Assembly: GCA_965222605.1 (NCBI GenBank)
Contig: OZ244960.1
Location: forward strand, 4,096,001-4,160,000
Source: Candidatus Latescibacterota bacterium
GTDB lineage: Bacteria; Latescibacterota; UBA2968
Direction: 5' to 3'
Length of the DNA stretch: 64,000 nt
The notes under the pieces were generated by a model. That model saw only the letters and a list, made by a program, of their open reading frames with translations. It was not told the DNA's origin and ran no database searches. Shown here piece after piece: positions 30,508 to 40,321 of the stretch. Position numbers and translations under genes: made by a program. Position 1 is the first letter of the stretch. Each line of letters starts with the position of its first letter.

Positions 30508-30588
30508 TTCATGATATGTAGGAGCGGGTTCCAGTATTCGCATATCTTTGATTTCGATATCGGTGTGTCAATTCGCATAAGACAAGAA

Positions 30589-30632
30589 ATTTTCACAATA
30601 TTTTTGAAAATATTGTGAAAATGGAGTATTAT
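30589..30632 (+). promoter_or_regulatory. Sigma70-like promoter overlapped by 34-bp palindrome (candidate operator)
   Basis: ATTTTCACAATATTTT-TG-AAAATATTGTGAAAAT at 30589-30622; TTGAAA(30604)-17 nt-TATTAT(30627). Confidence 0.6.
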
Positions 30633-30697
30633 TTAATTAACCAATTATAAAAAGACAGAACGACGTACCGGATGTGTATTAAGAAAGGAACGACATT

Positions 30698-31212
30698 TTG
30701 AAATTTCAGACGAAAACCATTGGACGTTTATGTTCACTATTTAAACAGGGGCCAGACCCGATCTTGCTGCTTGGTGCCGGAGCTTCTGTTAAATCAGGTA
30801 TTCCTCCATCGGATGAATTGGTGGAAAAAATAGCCAAATGGGGATACTGTAACGAAAATAACTCTTCTCCCGCAGATCCGTATATACGGCGTAGCGACTG
30901 GTACCCTTGGCTAAAAAAACAGAACTGGTATGGTGAGGATAGGAAGCGAGCGGATAATTATCCTGATGCAGTTGATAACATTCTTCAACCCAGAGAAACT
31001 CGAAAAAAATTCTTTATGGAATTAATCAATCCTCAAGTTCCACCAAGCTCAGGGTACGAACGAGTGGCCGAACTTATGGCGCGAAAACGCATTCTTACCA
31101 TACTAACTACGAATTTTGATACAATTTTGCTGGACTTATGCAAGAGCAATAGTCGTCCCCACCATGTTAGTGTCATTCAGACTAAGTCTGACTTTACCAA
31201 AATCTCAACAAG
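30698..31212 (+). pseudogene. SIR2-like domain gene, 5' fragment truncated by IS256
   Basis: LLLGAGASVKSGIP and ILTTNFD motifs; frame runs into the IS left end before the expected xHG motif. Confidence 0.85.
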
Positions 31213-32645
31213 GACATTGTGCTTATCTTAGTTGAAATAGTAGAGGCTCCAATGTAAATTGGATACAGCAAATTCAAGCCAGAAAACGCTGTGTCCTCAA
31301 CCAAAGGAGCCCGTGATGAAAAAAGTATCGCACAACGCCCCCAAAGTCAAGGCCATCCACAAAGACGATGCAACGCCAGAGACACCCCTTGAAGAAGAGA
31401 TGAGCACCCTGGATACACGGATCGCGTTGATCCAAGCCTTGATTCCATTAGGATTAGACGCCGTGGCAGAAGAATTACAGAACGAAGTGACCCGCTTGGC
31501 CGGGCAGAGATACACACGCAAAGAGGGCCAAAATTCCAATCGTCGGTGGGGCAGTCAACAAGGCTCGGTGTATCTCGCCGATCAGAAAGTGCCTATCTCT
31601 GTTCCCAGGGTGCGTAATGTGGTGACCGATGAGGAAGCCTCCCTACAGACCTATCATCATCTCCAGCATCCCCGAAAGATGGATGAAGGACTGCTCCTTC
31701 GGATGATAAAAGGCATTGCCACACGCTCTTATCAAGAATGTGCCGAGACGGTACCGGAGGCCTTTGGGCTATCTTCATCCACCGTGTCGAGACGCTTTAT
31801 CAAGGCGTCGGCACAAAAGTTGAAGCAGTTTCAAAATCGGTCTTTAGCACAGTATGACCTCGTCGCCCTGTTTATAGATGGGAAGACCTTTGCAGATCAG
31901 GAGATGATCATTGCCCTTGGTGTGACTATAAAAGGCGATAAAATCCCGTTGGGCTTTGTCCAGGCCGCCACCGAGAACGAGCGCGTCTGTCGGCAGTTTA
32001 TACGGTCCCTCATAAATCGTGATCTGGTCTATCACAAGGGCCTGCTGTATCTTATTGACGGCTCAAAAGGCTTATATGCCGCTCTGACAAAGGCATTAGA
32101 TGGCTATGTGGTCATTCAACGTTGCCAGTGGCACAAACGAGAAAATGTGAGGGCCTATCTGCCCAAAGGCAAGCAAGATGAGATTAAAAAGGCCCTACAA
32201 AATGCCTACGGTCTGCTCACCTACAAAGAAGCCAAAGCTGCTCTTTATGCACTCAAACCCGAACTCACTTTGATCAATGAAGACGCGACAAAAAGCCTTG
32301 AAGAAGGACTCGAAGAAACCCTGAGCCTGCACCGCCTAAGACTCATGCCGCAGTTGAAGCAATCCTTTCGTACCACCAACTGCATTGAGTCCCTCAACTC
32401 AATGGTAGCGCAACTGACGAGAAATGTGAAGCGATGGACAAACTCGAATCAACGCACACGCTGGTTGGCCACTGCGCTGTTGGATATTGAACCGCGCTTG
32501 CGAAGGGTTAAAGGCTTCCGAAGCCTGCCCACGCTCAGGCGCGCGCTTCAAAAGGACTTGAAGATAGATACGGACTGGCAAGACGCGCTTGCTGCTGATT
32601 GAAACCACCGGCCTCGATTATTTCAACTAAAAATAGGACTTGACC
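31213..32645 (+). mobile_element. IS256-family insertion sequence
   Basis: Imperfect terminal IRs sharing TTAGTTGAAATA(g/a)T(a/c)GAGGC; single transposase; flanks (TCAACAAG / GAATAAAA) show no direct repeat. Confidence 0.9.
31316..32602 (+). CDS. IS256 (Mutator-like) DDE transposase
   Basis: VPRVR, LFIDGK, LIDGSKGL, QRCQWHK, RTTNCIESLN. Confidence 0.95.
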   Translation: MKKVSHNAPKVKAIHKDDATPETPLEEEMSTLDTRIALIQALIPLGLDAVAEELQNEVTRLAGQRYTRKEGQNSNRRWGSQQGSVYLADQKVPISVPRVRNVVTDEEASLQTYHHLQHPRKMDEGLLLRMIKGIATRSYQECAETVPEAFGLSSSTVSRRFIKASAQKLKQFQNRSLAQYDLVALFIDGKTFADQEMIIALGVTIKGDKIPLGFVQAATENERVCRQFIRSLINRDLVYHKGLLYLIDGSKGLYAALTKALDGYVVIQRCQWHKRENVRAYLPKGKQDEIKKALQNAYGLLTYKEAKAALYALKPELTLINEDATKSLEEGLEETLSLHRLRLMPQLKQSFRTTNCIESLNSMVAQLTRNVKRWTNSNQRTRWLATALLDIEPRLRRVKGFRSLPTLRRALQKDLKIDTDWQDALAAD

Positions 32646-32928
32646 GAATAAAACGACTACATATCTATTCACCACAGGTTACATGCCTGAATGGAGAACA
32701 TATCCTGGACCACACATTCCCGCTCCTGTTAGACTTGTGAGCAATGATGGGGCTGACCTGCACCGGGTTGCGTCGGATATTTTAGGGCTTGCACGCATGA
32801 ACTGGAATACTGCAAGCATCAACAATGCCCACCCGGTAACCCTCTTTTTTTCTCGGCGAGTCGGTGGCATCATGGCCGAAGTGGGAGAAGACCAGCAACC
32901 GCTTCCGTCCTTCCGTTATTATATGTAA
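32646..32928 (+). pseudogene. Prokaryotic Argonaute PIWI domain, 3' fragment
   Basis: Open from the IS end: YLFTTGYMPEWRTYPGPHIPAP...DILGLARMNWN...PVTLFFSRRVG...FRYYM*, the typical pAgo C-terminus. Confidence 0.85.
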
Positions 32929-33274
32929 AATCAACCTAATGGCATCAAAGCCGCTAAAAAATTTAAAAAAAGAACCAAACCGATTTCTTCCACCTTCGGC
33001 AGTAAAAGGGCCACATCCAAATCCTTAATCAAAGAACAACAATTCACTACGTTGTTCCCGATAAGAAATACAAGTTTACCGACTCATAAGAACAGGTTCG
33101 CGCAAGATACTATTGAAAAACGACAATATCCGTTTAAGCGCATCCTTTCACACACCCTCTGTTTATCGGCAAAATTTTGTACAAGACCTCTGATATTGTG
33201 TTATACGAAAAAATGCCGTATATATAAGCCGTGGAACAAAAAAGAAATAACAGCAAAGAAAGGAGGATGAGAAG

Positions 33275-33517
33275 ATGAGTGTATCATCTGCTTACCTGGA
33301 AATCATCGATTTTATTGCAGAGGGGATAACCCCCGAAGATTTGGTAGCTTTTCATCCATCTGAAACTGCCAAAAAGCAAGTCGCAGATCTGGTCTATCGC
33401 GAGAAAACAACAGGACTTACTGCAGAAGAGACGGCTGAACTCAATCATTATTTGGAACTTGAGCATCTGATGCGTCTTGCTAAGGCTCGTACTCGCCACT
33501 ATTTGAAAGATGAGTAA
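33275..33517 (+). CDS. Small helical hypothetical protein (antitoxin-like partner of HNH)
   Basis: AGGAGG RBS; 80 aa; 8-nt overlap with the HNH gene. Confidence 0.7.
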   Translation: MSVSSAYLEIIDFIAEGITPEDLVAFHPSETAKKQVADLVYREKTTGLTAEETAELNHYLELEHLMRLAKARTRHYLKDE

Positions 33518-33953
33518 AACCTATATCAGCGTTGCCTTGCGACAACTTGTGATAACACGCGCCATGGGGCTGTGCGAGTACTGCCTGATTCACGAAGATG
33601 ATGCCTATTTTGGATGCGAAATTGATCACATCATTAGTGTGAAACATGGCGGACCAACAGAAGATAGCAATCTGGCCTATGCGTGTTTGTTCTGCAATCG
33701 CAACAAGGGTAGTGACATTGGGTCTATCGTGAGACAAACGGGGCAATTTTGTCGTTTTTTTAATCCACGTATTGATCATTGGGCAGACCATTTCGCTTTG
33801 AACGGCGTGAGAATTGATACCCTTACAGAAATAGGCGAAGTGACTGCTCGTATTTTGGATTTCAATTATATAGACCGTTTAATTGAGCGTCAGGAATTGG
33901 AGACATTTGGCTATTATCCTCCTCCTGACGCTCTTATATTAATCTCAAGGTAG
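33510..33953 (+). CDS. HNH endonuclease
   Basis: CEYC...EIDHII..KHGG....NLAYACLFCNRNKG; FFNPR...WADHF. Confidence 0.92.
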   Translation: MSKTYISVALRQLVITRAMGLCEYCLIHEDDAYFGCEIDHIISVKHGGPTEDSNLAYACLFCNRNKGSDIGSIVRQTGQFCRFFNPRIDHWADHFALNGVRIDTLTEIGEVTARILDFNYIDRLIERQELETFGYYPPPDALILISR

Positions 33954-34040
33954 CAGATCGCCTGAGTTGTATCGGATTCTACCCACATCAGAACTGACAG
34001 ACGAAAAAAAGTCGCGTTCATTTTGAAAGGAGTTCTCATT

Positions 34041-35249
34041 ATGACTATGCCGATCACCCCATCTCTTAGCGAGCAACAGATTGCGGATTACTATGAGGAT
34101 GGTTATCTGATTATTCGCAATGTGTTATCCGCGACTGAAGCGAAGGAACTTCGTCGCGTCGTGCAAGAACAGGTCAAACGCGGTGCGTACCCACCAAAGC
34201 TCACCTATCCCGCGCCGGCGAAGTACACAGTCAGTGGCAACAGGCTGGCAGAGCCAGGGCTTACCTCGATTGCCGAGCATCCGACGGTTATTGGTGCCGT
34301 AGAGTCCGTGCTGGGTCAACCCGCGCATTTGACGGCTTTTGTCGCGTATTTGCGGACGCCGGGGGATAAGGGGGGTGGTGCCCACTGCGATTACAAACGG
34401 TGGCGTCCCGTGGGTTCGTCGATGAACTGGGTGTTTGCCATTATTCCGTTGACTGATTTCGATCCGGTGTATGGCCCCTTTCTGGTATCGCCCAGGTCGC
34501 ACAAACTGACGCGGGTAATCGACGAGGAGGCACATATCTTAGATGTCAACCGTCCCGATGCGAGCCAATTGCCGGATTTTATTGATCCGGAACTCAAAGC
34601 GGGGGATTTGCTGATTGTCAACGAGCATGTCTGGCATGAAGCACCTGCCGGTACGAGTACAGAAGACCGTTGCGGTATTTTCAATAAGTATTGTGCGGCA
34701 AACGCGCCTCCTGCGGCGGGATATTATCCGTACAATTCCGCGGCACTTGAGGCTTTGAGCGATGATGGGAAACGGCTTATCCCAGTCTGTTTTGACAAGC
34801 CGATTGAGACGACACGTTTGCTTATCGAGTGTCCGAACGGCGGGGAACCGAGGTTCTTGCTGCGACGCGATGATGAAACGAAGCGCTGGGAGTTGCCGGG
34901 AGGCGAGGGGTGGGAAGAGGAGAAACTGGTCGGCTGGGATATTGGCGCGCGGGTCGGCTCTTTGCAAGCTCTTACCAGAACGCAGCTCGAGCTGGAGGTG
35001 CCGTGGATGTCCTATATTGAGGATGTGGAAGAGGAAGATGGTGTTTGTCGAGTTTATGGCTTCTCGGATGAAAACATAGACGCCGATGCGCTGGCAAATG
35101 GGCACTGCGACTGGTTCACCAGAGCACAGATCCAACAGCATCTCGGCGAGAGTGACGCGATTTGTCGCGCTGTTGAGCTGTGGCAGCGAGCAGATATTAT
35201 TCGCGGCAAAGGCAAGGCATGCAATCAGAGTAAAAGTCAGTTTGAGTAA
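34041..35249 (+). CDS. PhyH-family Fe(II)/2OG dioxygenase fused to a Nudix-like C-terminal domain
   Basis: YYEDGYLII, HCD, PRSH, ELKAGD...WH; C-terminal RFLLRR....WELPGG. Confidence 0.8.
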   Translation: MTMPITPSLSEQQIADYYEDGYLIIRNVLSATEAKELRRVVQEQVKRGAYPPKLTYPAPAKYTVSGNRLAEPGLTSIAEHPTVIGAVESVLGQPAHLTAFVAYLRTPGDKGGGAHCDYKRWRPVGSSMNWVFAIIPLTDFDPVYGPFLVSPRSHKLTRVIDEEAHILDVNRPDASQLPDFIDPELKAGDLLIVNEHVWHEAPAGTSTEDRCGIFNKYCAANAPPAAGYYPYNSAALEALSDDGKRLIPVCFDKPIETTRLLIECPNGGEPRFLLRRDDETKRWELPGGEGWEEEKLVGWDIGARVGSLQALTRTQLELEVPWMSYIEDVEEEDGVCRVYGFSDENIDADALANGHCDWFTRAQIQQHLGESDAICRAVELWQRADIIRGKGKACNQSKSQFE

Positions 35250-35291
35250 AAAGCAAATCAACGGAGTGGTGTACAATTGCGATAACACAAT

Positions 35292-35318
35292 GTAGGGGCG
35301 GTGCCCCCGTGCCCGCCC
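35292..35318 (+). repeat. GTAG-type REP-like palindrome between convergent genes
   Basis: GTAG followed by GGGCGG...CCGCCC stem. Confidence 0.5.
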
Positions 35319-35349
35319 GTTGGATGGCGGGGTGGGATCACCCATTCGT

Positions 35350-36624
35350 CTATTCGCGCAGTTCTTTTTTAAACACGACGACGCGATTGGTGTTTGTCCC
35401 TTTTTTTAAATTATCGACGCCCCAAACATTGGCGGTTTTGGTGAATTTTTGGTCGTTGATTAAGACCAGCAATGGCGTAAGTCCAGCTTCGATACCGCAC
35501 GGGATAACCGCTTCTTCGAGTTTGACTTTGCCGTGTCTGACTTCACCGACTTCAAAGGCGATATGTCCTCCGGGTTTCAAAACGCGCTCTAATTCGCGGA
35601 AAATCTTTGTCATTTCGCGTTGCCACTGCTCGACTTTTCTCGCCATGGTGATGGGAACAGCCGCGGGGTCTATCCCGCAAAACCAGCATCGCAACCAATT
35701 GTCCTGTGCGTAGTTGACGACATCGAGAAATGGTGGGGAGGTTATGACAAGGGCGATGGAGTTGGAGGCAATTTCGGGGACACTATGTGCTGGTTGGGTG
35801 AGGAATTGCGTTTGGGGAAAGACGCCTGTTAGGGTATGCCGAGTTTGTTCGTCGCAGTGTTTCAAAAGGGCGCGCGTTTTTTTTAAGATGAGGTTTTTGA
35901 CATCTCGCAATGGCGGTGCTTGATTTCTCTTCTGGTTGATTTTTTTTTGTGAATCAACGGAGACCGCCTGGTTAGGGGGCAGGGTATAAACGGAGAAAAA
36001 GCCGGATGAGTGACCCGTTAATCTGTTCATTGCGACCACGCGAAGCCATTGATCGATCCAGCTGCCGGTTTTTTCTTTAAGATATTTTTTTAAAGCACAA
36101 ATCTGCTTGAGGGTTTCCGGGTGATAAAAGACCCGTAGTTCTTCTGGATATTCATCGACATCTTCGAGTTCTATACGGGATAGTCTGTCGGCGACTTGAT
36201 CAATGGTGGGTGGATTCAGGCGGGGGAGCGTGAGGATTACACTCAATGGATTGACGTCGCATCCTATGGGAACGCGACCTAAAAGTGCGGATTCGATAAG
36301 TGTTGTACCCCGTCCGGCAAAGGGGTCATAAACCGCGTCGCCCGGTGTGGTTAATCGTTCGATAAAGAATCTGGGGAGTTGAGGCTTGAAGCACGCTCGA
36401 TATGATATTTCGTGGAGTGCGTTGGCCGCTCTTTGTTTTGAGGTCCAAAATTCGTTTATGTAAGTTTCAATGCGAACCCGCTCGCAATCAGTCGCGGCTT
36501 CCGTAGAAGTCACAATTGTATCTTTGCCGAATGCGTTGAAATCCGCCAATTCCCGTTTGAGCCTGTCAGATGCAGGGGATTTGGAGCGCGTGTTTATCAT
36601 TAATGTCAGTTGTTTTGCAGTCAT
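35350..36624 (-). CDS. Amino (N4-C/N6-A) DNA methyltransferase, orphan
   Basis: YRACFKP, DPFAGRGTT (motif I), TSPPF (motif IV), RVLKPGG. Confidence 0.85.
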   Translation of the reverse strand: MTAKQLTLMINTRSKSPASDRLKRELADFNAFGKDTIVTSTEAATDCERVRIETYINEFWTSKQRAANALHEISYRACFKPQLPRFFIERLTTPGDAVYDPFAGRGTTLIESALLGRVPIGCDVNPLSVILTLPRLNPPTIDQVADRLSRIELEDVDEYPEELRVFYHPETLKQICALKKYLKEKTGSWIDQWLRVVAMNRLTGHSSGFFSVYTLPPNQAVSVDSQKKINQKRNQAPPLRDVKNLILKKTRALLKHCDEQTRHTLTGVFPQTQFLTQPAHSVPEIASNSIALVITSPPFLDVVNYAQDNWLRCWFCGIDPAAVPITMARKVEQWQREMTKIFRELERVLKPGGHIAFEVGEVRHGKVKLEEAVIPCGIEAGLTPLLVLINDQKFTKTANVWGVDNLKKGTNTNRVVVFKKELRE

Positions 36625-36727
36625 ATATGTGTTCGTTATAGAGAAGTTTACCCCAAGTATTTATAGATACAAAACTGCCTGGTGTCAAGGAGGAGGGAAT
36701 ATTCCATTCGGTGCATGAAAACGGATT

Positions 36728-38710
36728 ATGAATATTTTTATCAAAAAGAAAATATGTCGCGATCTCGATCCGGCAATGGGACGGGAGTGGCTTGAAACCA
36801 ATGGTCTGGGTGGTTTTGCGTGTTCGACTATCATCGGGATGAACACGCGGCGGTACCACGGCTTGCTCATTCCCGCACAAAATGAGTTGCACGGTCGATT
36901 TGTCGCGCTGTCCAAATTTGAGGAAACGCTCGTTGCGCCCGGTATAGGGACTTTTGAACTGAGTAGTAATTGCTATTTTGGCGATATCCATCCGCACGGT
37001 TACAGCTATCTCGAAAACGTTCGTTTAGATCCCTACCCGATCTTTACCTATTGCGTTGGCGACTTGTGTTTTGAAAAGCAAATTTTTATGGTTTACGGTC
37101 ACAATACCACTGTGGTCGCGTATGGCCCCTTTGATCGTCCTGTTATGCTTACGCTGCGACCACTCGCGGCTTTCCGAGATTACCATCACCTGACGCACCA
37201 GAATTCTTTGCTCAATGGCGATGTCGATGTTCGCGATGGCCTGATGAGTTTTCAGCCTTATCCCGAATTTCCGCCTTTGTATATCGCGCACAATGGAGAA
37301 TTTCAATCGCGTGGCGATTGGTATTACAATTTTGAATATGTCGTTGAAGCCTATCGCGGCCTCGATAATCGGGAAGATTTGTATTGCCCCGGAGAATTTA
37401 CCTTTGATCTCGAAACGGGTGAATCCGCGCACTTGCTCGGCAGCCTTGAACGGGGTACTTGCGATCAGGTGAACGCGCTTCGGCAGGCTGAGATAGATCG
37501 GAGAAATAAAATTGTCCAAACAGTTCCCAAATGTACGGGGCTCAGTCTGAGTGCAGATGCCTTTCTCGTCAAGCGCAGCGACGCATGCGCCACCATTATC
37601 GCGGGTTATCCCTGGTTTACGGATTGGGGCCGCGATACGATGATCGCGCTGCCCGGTCTCGCGCTGGTGACCGGACGATTTGACGAAGCCCGCGACATTC
37701 TCGCTGCTTATGCGCGTTTCTGCGATAAGGGGATGATTCCAAACCGATTTCCCGATTGCGGTGATATACCCGAGTACAATAGTGTGGATGCAACGCTGTG
37801 GTATGTCTATGCGGTGGATCGCTTTTTGGCGTACACAGATGATTATAATTTTGTGCGTGAAACTCTCTGGCCGGTGCTACAAGAGATCATCCACTATTTT
37901 GTTCGGGGAACGCGCTATAACATCCATCTGGATTGCGATGGATTGCTCTATGCCGGGGAACCCGGTGTGCAACTCACATGGATGGATGCCAAGGTCGAAA
38001 ACTGGGTCGTTACCCCGAGGCAGGGCAAACCCGTTGAAGTCAATGCGCTGTGGTACAACGCGCTGTGTGTGATGCGGGACCTGGCTGATAGATATGGCGA
38101 ACCCAATCTCAGCACTGAATACGCCGGGCTTGCTGAAAAAATAGCTGCGCGCTTTGCCGACGCATTTTGGAACCCCGGTGCCGGATGTCTGTACGACTGT
38201 CTGATCGATACGGTGCCCGATGCGGCGATTCGCCCGAACCAGATCTTTGCCCTTAGTCTGCCGCATCGCATGCTCGACGCCGGGCGTGAACGCAGTATTC
38301 TCGATGTGGTCGAACGCGAGTTGCTCACGCCTTATGGTTTGCGAAGCCTGTCGCCATCCGACGCGGCATATAGGGGTACTTATGGCGGGGATCCGTATAG
38401 TCGCGATAGTGCGTATCACCAGGGGACGGTTTGGGCATGGCTTATGGGGCCATTCATCACTTCATGGGTTCGCATTCACAGAAAAGAGGCAGATGTCCAT
38501 ACTAATGCAAGACACATGTTGTGCCCTTTGTTGCGCCAGGTTGAAGAATCGGGCCTGGGACATATTTCTGAAATTTTCGATGGCGATCCTCCCCATGCAT
38601 CTCGCGGCTGTTTTGCCCAGGCGTGGAGCACGGCCGAAGTCTTGCGCGCTTTTGTAGAAGATGTGCTTGACCAGGGACCGGAAAAAAATGAAATAGAGGT
38701 GGCAGTATGA
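36728..38710 (+). CDS. Glycogen debranching enzyme (amylo-alpha-1,6-glucosidase)
   Basis: EWLETNGLGG, TRRYHGLL, AGYPWFTDWGRD, LTWMDA, RPNQ, YHQGTVW, QAWS. Confidence 0.95.
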   Translation: MNIFIKKKICRDLDPAMGREWLETNGLGGFACSTIIGMNTRRYHGLLIPAQNELHGRFVALSKFEETLVAPGIGTFELSSNCYFGDIHPHGYSYLENVRLDPYPIFTYCVGDLCFEKQIFMVYGHNTTVVAYGPFDRPVMLTLRPLAAFRDYHHLTHQNSLLNGDVDVRDGLMSFQPYPEFPPLYIAHNGEFQSRGDWYYNFEYVVEAYRGLDNREDLYCPGEFTFDLETGESAHLLGSLERGTCDQVNALRQAEIDRRNKIVQTVPKCTGLSLSADAFLVKRSDACATIIAGYPWFTDWGRDTMIALPGLALVTGRFDEARDILAAYARFCDKGMIPNRFPDCGDIPEYNSVDATLWYVYAVDRFLAYTDDYNFVRETLWPVLQEIIHYFVRGTRYNIHLDCDGLLYAGEPGVQLTWMDAKVENWVVTPRQGKPVEVNALWYNALCVMRDLADRYGEPNLSTEYAGLAEKIAARFADAFWNPGAGCLYDCLIDTVPDAAIRPNQIFALSLPHRMLDAGRERSILDVVERELLTPYGLRSLSPSDAAYRGTYGGDPYSRDSAYHQGTVWAWLMGPFITSWVRIHRKEADVHTNARHMLCPLLRQVEESGLGHISEIFDGDPPHASRGCFAQAWSTAEVLRAFVEDVLDQGPEKNEIEVAV

Positions 38711-40312
38711 GCGAAATAGATCAAAACGGCCATGCGCTAGTTGTGACAAAATGGGGACGCATTGAGATCGATTTCGAGAGTGATAAAGACTACGAAAATC
38801 CCATTCAAGAAGCGGCATTGCAGGTGGTGTTTACTTCGCCGTTTGGGTCGGTCTATAATGTGATGGGATTTTGGGATGGCGGGCGGCAATGGCGCGTGCG
38901 TTTTTGTCCAGATGAAGAGGGCGAGTGGTCGTATGCGACATTTTTTTCAGATGCGGAAAACGCGGAATTGCACAATCGCGAGGGGCGTTTTATATGTGGG
39001 CCATCGCAGACGAGCAGTGAATTTGATGTACACGGTCCCATTGCGCTGTCCGCAAACAGGCGGCATTTTATTTATGCCGATGAGAAGCCGTTTTTCTTTA
39101 TGGCAGATACGGCGTGGAATGGGTGTTTGCGGGCGACGCGAGATGAATGGCGCTATTATCTCAGCGAGCGCGTGCGGCAGGGGTTTAATACCGTACAATG
39201 GGTGGCTACGCAGTGGCGGGCGGCTCCAGATGGCGATATCGAGGGCAATCTGGCGTTTTTTGGCGTGGAAAAGATCGCAATAAATCCGGCCTTTTTTCAG
39301 CGTTTGGATGACTGGGTGGATATGATCTTTCAGGCGGGCCTGGTTAATGCGCCCGTGATGTTGTGGGCACTGGGGGGGCGTAATCATCCGGAAAAGAGTC
39401 CGGGCGTCTCGTTGTCAGAGGATCAGTTGATCCTGTTGGCTGAGTATATGGTCGCGCGCTGGGCGTGTTATCCCGTGGTGTGGATTTTGGGTGGGGATGG
39501 CAATTACGATGGTGAGAATGCCGAGCGATGGCAGCGCGTTGGGCGAGCGGTTTTCGGGAAAGGTCCTCACGCGCCTGTGGCGATGCACAGTTCGGGACGG
39601 CGATTTCCTGCTGATGAATTTCGGTCTGAAAATTGGCTCGATGTGGTGGGCTATCAAAGCGGGCACGGTGACAGTGACGAGACTTTGCAGTGGATTGTGA
39701 CGGGCCCCCCCTTCAGAAGATTGGAAAAAGACACCGCGCCAATTTTATATTAATATGGAGCCTGCTTATGAAAATCACGTGGCGTATCATTCAAAGCGGC
39801 CACACGATGCAGCGTCGGTTAGAAAGGCAATGTACTGGAGCCTGCTCAATGCGCCAACCGCTGGCGTGACTTATGGGGGGCATGGTGTATGGGGGTGGGA
39901 CGATGGCAGCGGCCCGCCCGTTGATCATCCCAATTCGGGAACGCCTCTGCCCTGGCATGATGCGTTGCTGATGGATGGGGCAGAGCAAGTGCGCCATCTT
40001 GTGGATGCATTTGATTCGATTGGGTGGTGGAGATTGCGTCCGTCGCCAGAGTTATTGGGCGTGCAGCCCGGACGGGAAGATGTACACAAACACATTTTGA
40101 TTTCTAAATCTGTGGAAAACGATCTCGTGGTGGCCTATACACCACAGGGCGAGGCGGTGGAGGTGAAGATGGCGGGGCTGTCACCACATCTTCGAGGTAT
40201 CTGGTACAATCCGCGCGATGGCGATGTGGAAGCAGCAGAAGTACGCGAGGGTAATGGCAGGCGTATTTACGAAGCACCGGGAGATGGCGACTGGCTCCTG
40301 GTTTTGGCATAA
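38707..40312 (+). pseudogene. DUF5060/DUF4038 (apiosidase-like glycoside hydrolase) + collagen-binding-like domain, split by a +1 frameshift
   Basis: GFWDGG..WRVRF, FFMADTAW, QSGH, EPAYE, GVTYGGHGVW, WYNPRDG; removing one C from the C7 run at 39705-39711 fuses both ORFs. Confidence 0.8.
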
Positions 40313-40321
40313 GGAGATGAT

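Noticed and set aside
32929-33274. 72-aa ORF 33052-33270 or further defence gene remnant
   Set aside because: TTG start without RBS, AT-rich, no motif; likely promoter/intergenic DNA.
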